The translations under genes were made by a program, and so were the position numbers. 64,000 nt of DNA, taken from contig JADJHE010000003.1 of the NCBI GenBank assembly GCA_016707685.1, positions 5,934 through 69,933 of the forward strand. Direction: 5' to 3'. The notes under the pieces were generated by a model. The model searched no databases, had not been told where the DNA came from, and saw only the letters and a list, made by a program, of their open reading frames with translations. Below are positions 10,372 through 18,962 of this stretch, in pieces (within the stretch, counting starts at the first letter, position 1; each line of letters starts with the position of its first letter). This stretch comes from Bacteroidota bacterium (GTDB lineage Bacteria; Bacteroidota; Bacteroidia; 2-12-FULL-35-15).

Positions 10372-11253
10372 ATGGAAAAATTAGAACAATGTCCAATTTG
10401 TAATTCAATCCGAAGCATGCATTTTATGGCTTGCATCGACCATACTGTTTCACGTGAAACATTCAACATTGTGGAATGTGAATCCTGTGGATTTAAGTAC
10501 ACCAACCCTCGTCCCGAAACACAAGATTTAGGAAGGTATTATAAATCGGAAGATTACGTTTCCCATTCAAATACCAAAAAAGGGTTTATCAATTCCACCT
10601 ACCAATCGGTTCGAAAATATACATTATTGAAGAAGCTTCAGTTGATTTCGAAGTATTATAAGACAGGAAAAATATTGGACATTGGTTGTGGAACAGGTGA
10701 GTTTTTGAATACAATGAAAAGTGCGAAATGGGATTCAACAGGTATTGAACCGGATTCAGATGCTCGCAATATGGCTATCAAAAATTATAGTTTAAATGTT
10801 CTTCCAGAATCTGAATTATCCTCTTTGCTTGATGAATCTTTTGATGTAATTACCATGTGGCATGTGCTCGAACATGTACCTAGATTAAACGAACGTGTTC
10901 AGGAATTAAAGCGACTATTAAAGCCAAATGGATTAATTATTATTGCAGTTCCAAACTGTAATTCCTTAGATGCAAAAATATACAAAGAGCATTGGGCAGC
11001 TTATGATGTTCCTCGTCACCTTTACCACTTTACTCCTAATGATATTGATTCATTATTTAAGAAATATGGGATGAAAGTGTTCCGTATTTTACCAATGATA
11101 TTCGATTCGTTTTATGTATCTATGTTAAGTGAAAAGATTAAAACAGGCAAGACAAATATTATACGTTCCACGTGGAACGGATTAAGATCAAACTTGGCTG
11201 CGCTTAAAACAGGCAAAACGTCCTCTAGTCAGATTTACCTAATTCGTAAGTAA
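10372..11253 (+). CDS. Class I SAM-dependent methyltransferase with an N-terminal Cys4 zinc ribbon
   Basis: CPICNS…CESCGF zinc ribbon, then Rossmann motif ILDIGCGTGEF and …VITMWHVLEHVP… The first ATG of the 10291 ORF is at 10372. Confidence 0.8.
   Translation: MEKLEQCPICNSIRSMHFMACIDHTVSRETFNIVECESCGFKYTNPRPETQDLGRYYKSEDYVSHSNTKKGFINSTYQSVRKYTLLKKLQLISKYYKTGKILDIGCGTGEFLNTMKSAKWDSTGIEPDSDARNMAIKNYSLNVLPESELSSLLDESFDVITMWHVLEHVPRLNERVQELKRLLKPNGLIIIAVPNCNSLDAKIYKEHWAAYDVPRHLYHFTPNDIDSLFKKYGMKVFRILPMIFDSFYVSMLSEKIKTGKTNIIRSTWNGLRSNLAALKTGKTSSSQIYLIRK
11165..11178. promoter_or_regulatory. Perfect 14-bp palindrome GTTCCACGTGGAAC (copy 3), inside the 3' end of the methyltransferase gene
   Basis: Exact copy. 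Confidence 0.45.
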
Positions 11254-11275
11254 AAGGTTCCAATTTTTAAATTAT

Positions 11276-11305
11276 AGCCACTCCATTTGGGGTGGCTTTT
11301 TTTAT
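11276..11305 (+). terminator. Rho-independent terminator
   Basis: AGCCACTCCatttGGGGTGGCTttttttatttt. Confidence 0.65.
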
Positions 11306-11330
11306 TTTAATATAGTCTGTTTTAGGAAAT

Positions 11331-11344
11331 GTTCCACATGGAAC
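11331..11344. promoter_or_regulatory. Variant palindrome GTTCCACATGGAAC (copy 4, one substitution that keeps symmetry imperfect)
   Basis: gttccacatggaac followed by atgttc. Confidence 0.4.
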
Positions 11345-11974
11345 ATGTTCTTTTTTTGACACAAATTAGCATAAAAATAATTCCCGCATTTTAAAGAAAA
11401 CAAAAATACTGTTGGAGGAAAAGGCATATAAAATTGTTTTACTAGATTCAATTTTATACGAGTAAATGACTTCCTTTTTGTAGAAAAATGAATCAGAAAA
11501 AAGTTTATAAATTAAAAATGGGAAATAAAAAACAGATCAATTTTATGGAAATCTTCTTAGCTAAAAAATCAAAAAATTTCGCTGAAGATAATTAGGCGAA
11601 TAATATTTTTGAAAATTGATTCCTCAAAATAAGACCTGGGTTTTATCTTTCTAAAAACAACTAACGTTTTTTGTTTCTGATCAACAGACAAAAAAATCTG
11701 CCAAATAAAAAATCCGAAAGCGAAAAAAAGAATAAGTTTAACATGAATGTGTAAAAAACGCGAGATAATTAGCAAATAAAGACTGCCAATGTGTTAAGTG
11801 GTCTCTGGAGTATTGTGGGTCAAAAAACAGAAAAAAGCGTCTTAAATCGAAGATTTTGGATGTCCTCTAACAGCCAATAAGCACGGTACTTAGAGCGGAT
11901 TTGAAGAAAAATTTGATCCTAAAAGAGGATTTTTTCGAAAGGAAGATTATTTTTGAGGCAAATCTGAAAATTTT

Positions 11975-12343
11975 ATGAGAGGACTTTGGACCATCATTTT
12001 ACTTATCCTATCAAACACATTTATGACACTTGCTTGGTATGGTCATTTGAAATTCAAAGAAATGAAATGGTTCGAAAACTTAGGATTTATTTCCATCGTT
12101 TTGATCAGCTGGGGAATTGCACTTTTTGAATACTTTTTTCAAGTTCCAGCAAACCGTTTGGGCTACAAGGAAAATGGCGGACCCTTCAGTTTGGTTGAGT
12201 TGAAAGTGATTCAAGAAGCCATTACATTGGTCGTTTTTGTTGGATTTACGCTTCTTTTTTTCAAGAATGAAAGCCTCAAATGGAACCATTTCGTTGGTTT
12301 TTTGTTTCTGATTGCAGCAGTGTATTTTATCTTTAAAAAGTAG
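11975..12343 (+). CDS. Small DMT-superfamily membrane protein (4 TM, DUF486-like)
   Basis: 122 aa with four hydrophobic helices: MRGLWTIILLILSNTFMTLAWYGHLKF…. Confidence 0.55.
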   Translation: MRGLWTIILLILSNTFMTLAWYGHLKFKEMKWFENLGFISIVLISWGIALFEYFFQVPANRLGYKENGGPFSLVELKVIQEAITLVVFVGFTLLFFKNESLKWNHFVGFLFLIAAVYFIFKK

Positions 12344-12395
12344 CGAAAAGCAATTTAAAAAAATTAATTTAATAACCTAAATAAGCAATATAAAA

Positions 12396-13553
12396 ATGGA
12401 TATTTCACACATTTTAAATCACCTGGGCGAAGACCGCGAAGAATACTATGGATCAGTAGCTCCACCAATTTTTCAATCATCAAACTTTGCATTCAGAACA
12501 GTAGCTGAGATGCGAGAAAAACTCACAAAAGAGCTTGAAAATCCTTTTTATACCAGAGGCTATAATCCAACAGTAGCAACACTTCGCAAGAAAGTCGCTG
12601 CACTAGAAGGCGCTGAAGATGCGCTTGTTTTTTCGAGTGGAAGCGCAGCAGTAGCGGCAGCTGTAATGAGCATAGTAAAGGCGGGAGACCATGTTGTGTG
12701 TGTTAAAAAACCATACAGCTGGACCAACAACTTAATTACCAAATACCTTTCAAAATATGGCGTTATACACACGTTTGTGGATGGGGGAGATGCCCAAAAT
12801 TTTGAAAAAGCAATTCAAGAGAACACCAAATTGATTTATTTGGAAAGCCCAAATTCATTGACGTTTGAGATGCAAGACATTGAGGCGGTGGCTAAAATTG
12901 CAAAGTCGAAAGGCATAACAACTATTATCGATAACAGTTATAACTCTCCACTGAACCAAAATCCAATAAAAATGGGAATTGACATTGTGGTGCATTCTGG
13001 AACCAAATACATTAGCGGACATAGCGATGTGGTTTGTGGGGTGGTTTGTACCACACACGAGCGAATTATGAAGATGTTTGCTGAGGAATACATGACGGTT
13101 GGGAGTATAATTTCTCCTCAAGACGCAGGGTTAATTTTACGCGGTTTAAGAACACTTGAGCTTAGAGTGAACAAAAGTGCCGAGTCGGCAAAAAAAGTTG
13201 CTGATTTCGCAGAAAACCACCCCAAAATCAAATCTGTTTACTACCCATTCTCCTCCAAAAACCCTCAGTTGGCATTGGCAAAAAAACAAATGAAACAGGG
13301 CGGAGGCTTGCTTTCCATTGTTTTGGATGTGAAGGATGAAAAACAAATGGAAGTGTTTTGTGATAATCTAGAGCGTTTTTTAATGGCTACTTCTTGGGGC
13401 GGTTACGAGTCTTTGGTGTTTCCTTTGTGTGCGCTAGCTGCAAGCAAAAGCTTTGAAAATCCGCTTCCTTGGAATATGGTGCGATTATACATTGGTTTGG
13501 AAGATGCCGATTTGTTAATTGAAGATTTAAAACAAGCATTGGATAAAATCTAA
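12396..13553 (+). CDS. Trans-sulfuration PLP-dependent enzyme (cystathionine gamma-synthase / beta-lyase / methionine gamma-lyase family)
   Basis: Cys/Met-metabolism PLP family hallmarks: …SSGSAAVAAAV…, a PLP-lysine context (HSGTKYISGHSDVVCG), 385 aa. Confidence 0.85.
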   Translation: MDISHILNHLGEDREEYYGSVAPPIFQSSNFAFRTVAEMREKLTKELENPFYTRGYNPTVATLRKKVAALEGAEDALVFSSGSAAVAAAVMSIVKAGDHVVCVKKPYSWTNNLITKYLSKYGVIHTFVDGGDAQNFEKAIQENTKLIYLESPNSLTFEMQDIEAVAKIAKSKGITTIIDNSYNSPLNQNPIKMGIDIVVHSGTKYISGHSDVVCGVVCTTHERIMKMFAEEYMTVGSIISPQDAGLILRGLRTLELRVNKSAESAKKVADFAENHPKIKSVYYPFSSKNPQLALAKKQMKQGGGLLSIVLDVKDEKQMEVFCDNLERFLMATSWGGYESLVFPLCALAASKSFENPLPWNMVRLYIGLEDADLLIEDLKQALDKI

Positions 13554-14273
13554 ATGAACATTCCCAACAGCACAGCAATAAAGGATTTTTGCAAAAAAAG
13601 TTTAAAGAAATTTTTTCTGATAAACGGAATTTTATTTGCCTTGTTGGTGTTTTTGAGTTTTACCGATTTGCCTTATTATGCCTACCACTGGCTAGGTACA
13701 TCAAGCCCGAAGTTAAAAAAACAACCCGAATTAATTGTCTTGTTGGGTGGTAGTGGAATGCCTAGTCCAGATGGATTAATTCGCTGTTATTATACAGCAA
13801 AAGCAGCAACAAAATTTCCTGCTACAGAAATTATTATTGCTCTCCCTTTTAATGAAACAGACAGTTTGCGACAACTGAGTTTAATGGCACACGAGCTTGT
13901 TTTGCGTGGTATTGATACTTCAAGAATTCGTTTCGAACCCATTGGTTTTAATACGCATTCACAAGCAGAAAACATTGCAAAACGTTATGAAAAAAGGAAA
14001 ACAAGCTTATCGGTGTTAATTGTAACCTCTCCCGAACACACATACCGAGCCGTTAAAACCTTTGCTGCTGTTGGGTTTAAACAAGTAGGAGGAGAGCCCA
14101 CATTCGAAAATCCTGTAGACGAAAGCAAGGTGAAAGACAACGAAAAGACGGATGATGCGCGTGTAAAAAGCCTTTCTTTGCGTTACAACATGTGGAGCTA
14201 TTTAAACTATGAGCTGCTCGTCTTGCGCGAATATGCAGCCATTTCCTATTATTGGCTAAAAAGATGGATATAA
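13554..14273 (+). CDS. DUF218 (YdcF/SanA/ElyC family) membrane-anchored protein
   Basis: N-terminal TM helix, then …ELIVLLGGSGMPSPDGLIRCYY… characteristic of DUF218. Confidence 0.65.
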   Translation: MNIPNSTAIKDFCKKSLKKFFLINGILFALLVFLSFTDLPYYAYHWLGTSSPKLKKQPELIVLLGGSGMPSPDGLIRCYYTAKAATKFPATEIIIALPFNETDSLRQLSLMAHELVLRGIDTSRIRFEPIGFNTHSQAENIAKRYEKRKTSLSVLIVTSPEHTYRAVKTFAAVGFKQVGGEPTFENPVDESKVKDNEKTDDARVKSLSLRYNMWSYLNYELLVLREYAAISYYWLKRWI

Positions 14274-14276
14274 AAA

Positions 14277-14303
14277 AAGAGCGCAAAACTGCGCTCTTTT
14301 TCA
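14277..14303. terminator. Bidirectional rho-independent terminator between convergent genes
   Basis: aaaaaAGAGCGCAaaactGCGCTCTtttt. Confidence 0.7.
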
Positions 14304-14320
14304 TTTATTGGGGATGGAGT

Positions 14321-15680
14321 TTATTTTTGAATCACAATTTTTCTTGTTGCAACCCCTTCTGATCCAACTATTTTAACAAAATAAATGCCGCTGTAAAGAG
14401 TTTGAGTATCAAAAAAAGCAATTGTTTTTCCTTGATAAATGTTGCTTTTTTGAACCAACTTTCCGGTGGCATCAAACAATTCCACATTTAAGTTTTCTTT
14501 GTTAATTCCATTGATTTGTACCGCAACAAAATCATTTGCAGGATTTGGATACACATTTACTTCAAACAAATCGTTTTGAACAGTTGAAATGCTTGTTGTT
14601 GGAGCTGTGTATGTTGTTACGCTTTCTGAAATAGAAGTAACTTTTGCTGCTGTTTTTACACCATAAAATGTTGGTCCAACCGCATAAGGATAAGCAGAAT
14701 TCCAGTTTTCGTCAACCGTTGCAAAGTAGCAATAAATACCAGCAGGATATTCTGGTGTAACGCAAAAACGACCGTTATGTTCATCTAAATAATCAGACGC
14801 AATTGGTGCTGTGTATTGGTAATCTTCACGGAAATAACCCAATGGATAGGTTGCGCTTACAGCTGGTCCAGCAGTTACGCTAGCGCCCGTGTAATAAGTT
14901 GTTCTTGTTGTAATATTTCTAAGTGTCCAGCTTGATTTTATACGAACAATTCCACCAGTTCCATCGGCATTTTTAAAACCATATGCGCCATAAATTGGGA
15001 AGCCATCGTATGCAAAACCAATTAGTGGAGAGTGTTGTGTGCTATCGATAACATATAAACCATCCGCATCGTAAAGTGTACAAATGTTTGAAAGAACCGT
15101 TAAATCTAGTTTATAGGCGCTTGGGTTTTGGTGATGATGGTAGTTGCCCATTGCCGGATGTCCTTTTGAGCAATCGAATCCAGCTCTTTCTGCAACTACA
15201 GCATCTCTGTTCCAAACACCATCTCCAGTGCAAGGAGGTGCTATTGGGCCACCGCAAAGACTGCTTGTTGAGTTTTTCCAAGATACCCCATCTCTGTAAT
15301 CGAACAATGCAACACCATTTACAAAAACACCAATGTTTCCTCCTGTTGTTGCTGTTGGCGTTCCTGTGTTTTGAACAGGGTTTAAAGGAAATTTGAATAT
15401 TGCATTTTGGTCGGTTGCCAATGATGGATTGCCATCCAGAAAAGGACCTGTGGTATATGCAGGAATACCGTTTGTTGTAACATATACCGAAGAAGCCGAA
15501 GTATTGAACTGTTTGTATGTTTGCTAAAACATTATCGTTAATTGCAGTTGAGTTGCCGCTAACGTAGTGACTTCCCATTACTGTTGAATTTTGCATCCAT
15601 TCTAAAATGGCAGGGTTTGTTTGAGCGAAGCCTAATGAGCCGCCAATTAAAAATGTAAAAAGGGTGCTTTTTAATTTCAT
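14321..15680 (-). CDS. YHYH-domain protein with T9SS C-terminal sorting domain; frameshift near 15485-15500
   Basis: Signal peptide MKLKSTLFTFLIGGSLGFAQ is in ORF 15111..15680. The body (…SKGHPAMGNYHHHQNP…) and CTD (…VNVYPNPANDFVAVQI…YFVKIVGSEGVATRKIVIQK) are in ORF 14321..15421. Both frames are open across …TVQYFG / YVTTNGIPAYTTG… Its start overlaps the upstream gene's stop (ATGA). Confidence 0.6.
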
Positions 15681-16759
15681 AGTTCGTTTTTTATGATGTT
15701 GGTTAGGGTTATAGACGCTGAACTTTTTTTAATCCTTCGTTGGGTCGAAAAAAGATTTTTTGGATAGGAAAAATTTGGATTAAATAGAAAAGAGCGATCT
15801 GTTAGCGTTAATAAAAAAGCAACAATATCAACACGTTCATTTGCATTAAGGACAATCGGGTTTTGTAACTCTTTTGAAAGCGCTTGGTTGTGCAAAGCCC
15901 CTGTTGTATAGTGTTTAAGCACTTCTGATAGTTTTTTAAATCGCCCATCGTGCATGTAGGGGTAAGAAAATTCAATGTTTCGAAGACTTGGGACCTTAAA
16001 TTTTAATGAGTCTTTTGCATTTTTTGTTATTCCGAATCGTCCATAATCATTAAGTGTTGTGTCGATAGGCAATCCATTGGATTTAAATTCATTGTTTGTG
16101 AATAAGGGTTCGGTGTGACAGGAGGCGCAATTTTTTTTAAACAACAAATACCCGTTGTTTTCCTGTGATGTAAAAACAGCTTCTTTTCGCATTACACTGT
16201 CGTATTTTGAGTTGTGTGAAACAAGCGTTAGCATAAATTGCGAAAGGGCTTTTAAGGTGTGTTCTCCTGTTACTACAGAATCGCCAAAGGCTTGTAAAAA
16301 AGCGTTGGGTAGTGTTTTGAGTGTTGTAATTTTTACAACATTCGAAATGTTTTCGTCCATTTCTACAGGGTTAGCAATAGGAGCAAGGGCTTGCACGTCA
16401 AGGTGGTTTACTGCTCCATCCCACATAAAAAACTGTTGCCAGGCTAAATTTATTAAAGCGGGAGAATTTCGTGTTCCTATTTTATCCTCTATTCCATGGC
16501 TTAAAGCATGATCAACATGTGTGAATGCTGTATATTGAGAGTGGCAGCTGGCGCAGGAAACAATGTTGTTTCTTGAAAGCATAGGTTCATAAAAAAGCGT
16601 CCTTCCAAGTTCTATCGTGTTTTCGTTTAACGGGTTTTTAGAAAAATCATAAGTCGGTTTTGGCCAACCTTTTGGCACAACAAAAGGCTTTTCGGTCGCC
16701 AATTGAAAAGCAAACAAAACAAAACAAAAACAGAAAAAGAGAACTGTTTTTATTTTCAT
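15677..16759 (-). CDS. Di-haem cytochrome c peroxidase (CCP/MauG/MbnH family)
   Basis: Two CxxCH motifs (CASCHSQ, CASCHTE) and the conserved …YMHDGRFKKLSEV… region. Signal peptide present. Length 360 aa. Confidence 0.85.
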   Translation of the reverse strand: MKIKTVLFFCFCFVLFAFQLATEKPFVVPKGWPKPTYDFSKNPLNENTIELGRTLFYEPMLSRNNIVSCASCHSQYTAFTHVDHALSHGIEDKIGTRNSPALINLAWQQFFMWDGAVNHLDVQALAPIANPVEMDENISNVVKITTLKTLPNAFLQAFGDSVVTGEHTLKALSQFMLTLVSHNSKYDSVMRKEAVFTSQENNGYLLFKKNCASCHTEPLFTNNEFKSNGLPIDTTLNDYGRFGITKNAKDSLKFKVPSLRNIEFSYPYMHDGRFKKLSEVLKHYTTGALHNQALSKELQNPIVLNANERVDIVAFLLTLTDRSFLFNPNFSYPKNLFSTQRRIKKSSASITLTNIIKNEL

Positions 16760-17454
16760 GGATCAATAATTTTAAATGATTTAATCGCCTGTTCAGAAAG
16801 CAAAACTGCTGTTTTGCTGGGCGACATGATTTGGTTTAGTGTTGACAAATCAACAACAGAAAGAAATTGATTGATATCAAAAACGACAATTATTATTTTT
16901 TGATTTGTTGTTTTAAGGGTAGCCGTTTTAAGACAATTGAAAGGCGTTTGATAGCCACCCAAATGGAATTCAAAAGCATGATTTCGTGTTGGACAATTAT
17001 TGCTTTTGCCTTCTAGTTTAAAATTTATATAGCCGCTTTGCCAAGTCCAATACATTCCTTTGGTTGGATCAAGGTCGGCACCCATTGCTCCTGAAACGTT
17101 GGTAGTGCTATCTATTCCAAGGCTAAAGGAAAGTTCGTCAAAATTAATTTTGTTTGTGTTTTTAATACTAAGCGTTTGTGAATTTTTGTTGGAGGCGTCA
17201 ATCAGATGAAAGCTGTTTTTTTCTGGAAGAACAACGGTACCATTTTTTAAAAAACAAATATTGGAAACATAGAATCGAAGTGCATCAATTTGTAAATGAT
17301 TGGAATCGTTTGCAACAAAAGAAGAGTCGCTTAAATCAACGTTTTTTCCATTGTAATGAGCAACGAACGAAACCGTAATTGTTGAATCGGATTGAGCAGA
17401 AACAAATTGAATTAAACTGAAAATAAAAAAAACAACGAAGCGAAATTTCTTCAT
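16756..17454 (-). CDS. MbnP-like periplasmic protein, usual partner of MbnH-type di-haem peroxidases (putative copper-binding)
   Basis: Signal peptide, 232 aa, Trp-rich core (…KGMYWTWQSGYINFKLEG…). Translationally coupled (4-bp overlap) to the downstream peroxidase. The family assignment is from memory and needs an HMM check. Confidence 0.45.
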   Translation of the reverse strand: MKKFRFVVFFIFSLIQFVSAQSDSTITVSFVAHYNGKNVDLSDSSFVANDSNHLQIDALRFYVSNICFLKNGTVVLPEKNSFHLIDASNKNSQTLSIKNTNKINFDELSFSLGIDSTTNVSGAMGADLDPTKGMYWTWQSGYINFKLEGKSNNCPTRNHAFEFHLGGYQTPFNCLKTATLKTTNQKIIIVVFDINQFLSVVDLSTLNQIMSPSKTAVLLSEQAIKSFKIIDP

Positions 17455-17918
17455 TATTCTGGTCGTTTTGGCGGATGTGGTGGCGCAAACAGGGCTGCGA
17501 TTTCTTTGCTTAGTTTTTCAAAAGCAACCAGCTGGTCAGGCCTACACAGGTTTTTAATGTCTTGAAAATGTTTATAGTGAATTGTTTCAATGTTTTTTTG
17601 AATAACACTAATTTCATTTATCAGTGAGTCTTTTGTTGCTGCGTTAGAATCAATAAGCGTTGAATACAATTCGTTTTTTAATACAACAATTTGTTCTTGT
17701 GATTTGTCTATTTCGCTGCGATGCCAATGAATTAGCAATTCGTATTGTTTAACTTGGTTTTCATCAAAATCAAGTTTATTAATGATAATGTTTCGCGGTC
17801 CGCCATTTGGTCCCGGCCCACCATGTTTTGGTTTGTTTGATAACAAAAACCATAACAAAGTAATGTTTGCTAATAGCAAACCAACAGATAGAATACTGAG
17901 GAGTTTAACTTTATTCAT
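17454..17918 (-). CDS. Periplasmic Spy/CpxP-like (heavy-metal sensor / LTXXQ family) protein
   Basis: Signal/TM anchor, helical 154-aa protein with a proline-rich tail (…PPHPPKRPE). Coupled between the anti-sigma and MbnP-like genes. Confidence 0.45.
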   Translation of the reverse strand: MNKVKLLSILSVGLLLANITLLWFLLSNKPKHGGPGPNGGPRNIIINKLDFDENQVKQYELLIHWHRSEIDKSQEQIVVLKNELYSTLIDSNAATKDSLINEISVIQKNIETIHYKHFQDIKNLCRPDQLVAFEKLSKEIAALFAPPHPPKRPE

Positions 17919-18174
17919 GTGTATATAAATCGTTGTTTGGCATTAAGTTCATTGACTCGGCAACACTTGCAACACTGTTGTTTTGTTTTGTTTTATATAC
18001 AAGCGCTCCAGCATTAAAAACAACAATAAAAACAAAGGAAAGGCTGAGTGCGAATGCAAATTTCTTTGGCAAAACCGTTGAATAGGTCTTTTCAATTTTT
18101 TGTTGAATGCGCGTAAACAGAAAAGCAGGAGCGTCTACTGCCTGAATTTTTTTATGTAATTGATCGATGTTCAT
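17911..18174 (-). CDS. Putative anti-sigma factor (small single-TM protein)
   Basis: 87 aa, one TM helix, immediately downstream of the ECF sigma gene, overlapping the next gene by 8 bp. Confidence 0.4.
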   Translation of the reverse strand: MNIDQLHKKIQAVDAPAFLFTRIQQKIEKTYSTVLPKKFAFALSLSFVFIVVFNAGALVYKTKQNNSVASVAESMNLMPNNDLYTHE

Positions 18175-18211
18175 TTGTTTGTTATTAATGTGTTTGACGA
18201 GATTCTTTTTT

Positions 18212-18733
18212 TTATCCTTCGTTTGTGTTTAATTTTTTAGAAAGATTTGTTTTTGCTCGTTGTATTAATGATTCAATTGCCTTTGGACTCGTTTGCATTA
18301 TTTCAGCAACCTCTACCTGTGTTTTATTTTCTATTTTATGAAGTATTAGTGCCGTTTTTTGATTGTCGGGTAAGTCATTAATGTGCTTAAAAATTGCGGC
18401 AATCGATTCTTTGTCTTCTAGTAAAATGCCAGGATGATCAAATGTTGGCTGGTCGTGTTTTAAATCACTGCTGTTATCAAAAAACAGAGAGGTTAAAAAA
18501 GCGAATCGTTTTTTTCGCTGTTTAGACTTAATGTAATCGAGCGATTTGTTGATTGTAATGCGGTATATCCACGTTTTAAGGGTTGATTCTCCTTTGAATG
18601 AGGAAAAAGATTGGTGCACAGAAAGAAAAACGTCCTGCGTAATCTCTTCGGCATCCTCTGTATTTTGAACATACTGAAGCGCAAGGTTAAATACCATGCC
18701 AGCATGAATGTTGTATAATTCTTCGAATGTCAA
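18212..18733 (-). CDS. RNA polymerase ECF-type sigma-70 factor
   Basis: Sigma-70 region 2 (…DAEEITQDVFLSVHQSF…WIYRITINKSLDY…) and region 4 (…NQKTALILHKIENKTQVEVAEIM…). Confidence 0.85.
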   Translation of the reverse strand: MTFEELYNIHAGMVFNLALQYVQNTEDAEEITQDVFLSVHQSFSSFKGESTLKTWIYRITINKSLDYIKSKQRKKRFAFLTSLFFDNSSDLKHDQPTFDHPGILLEDKESIAAIFKHINDLPDNQKTALILHKIENKTQVEVAEIMQTSPKAIESLIQRAKTNLSKKLNTNEG

Positions 18734-18962
18734 GTGTTGCTATTGTGCTACGAAAGATAGGCAATTAGTTTGCTATGCAAACAACAGACAAAAGAAAAGC
18801 GAAAAGGTTTAATTTACATTCGTGTTTATAGTCTTTTGGTTTTCAGCAAGATGTGTGTTTACTGGGCCCTCCCAAACCAAATTTCGCTCAAATTTAGTTT
18901 GTTGGCGTTGACTAAATTCAACTATACTTGCGGCCTTAAAAACAAATTATACAACAACAAAA

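Noticed and set aside
11569-11775. 68-aa minus-strand ORF in the long ORF-free region
   Set aside because: Ile/Phe-rich low-complexity product, no start context, no family resemblance. More likely chance in AT-rich DNA. The region is flagged instead as potentially non-coding RNA or regulatory.
12344-12395. Possible SAM/T-box riboswitch leader upstream of the trans-sulfuration gene
   Set aside because: The spacer is only about 50 bp and AT-rich. It cannot hold a riboswitch aptamer and shows no conserved SAM-I/II elements.
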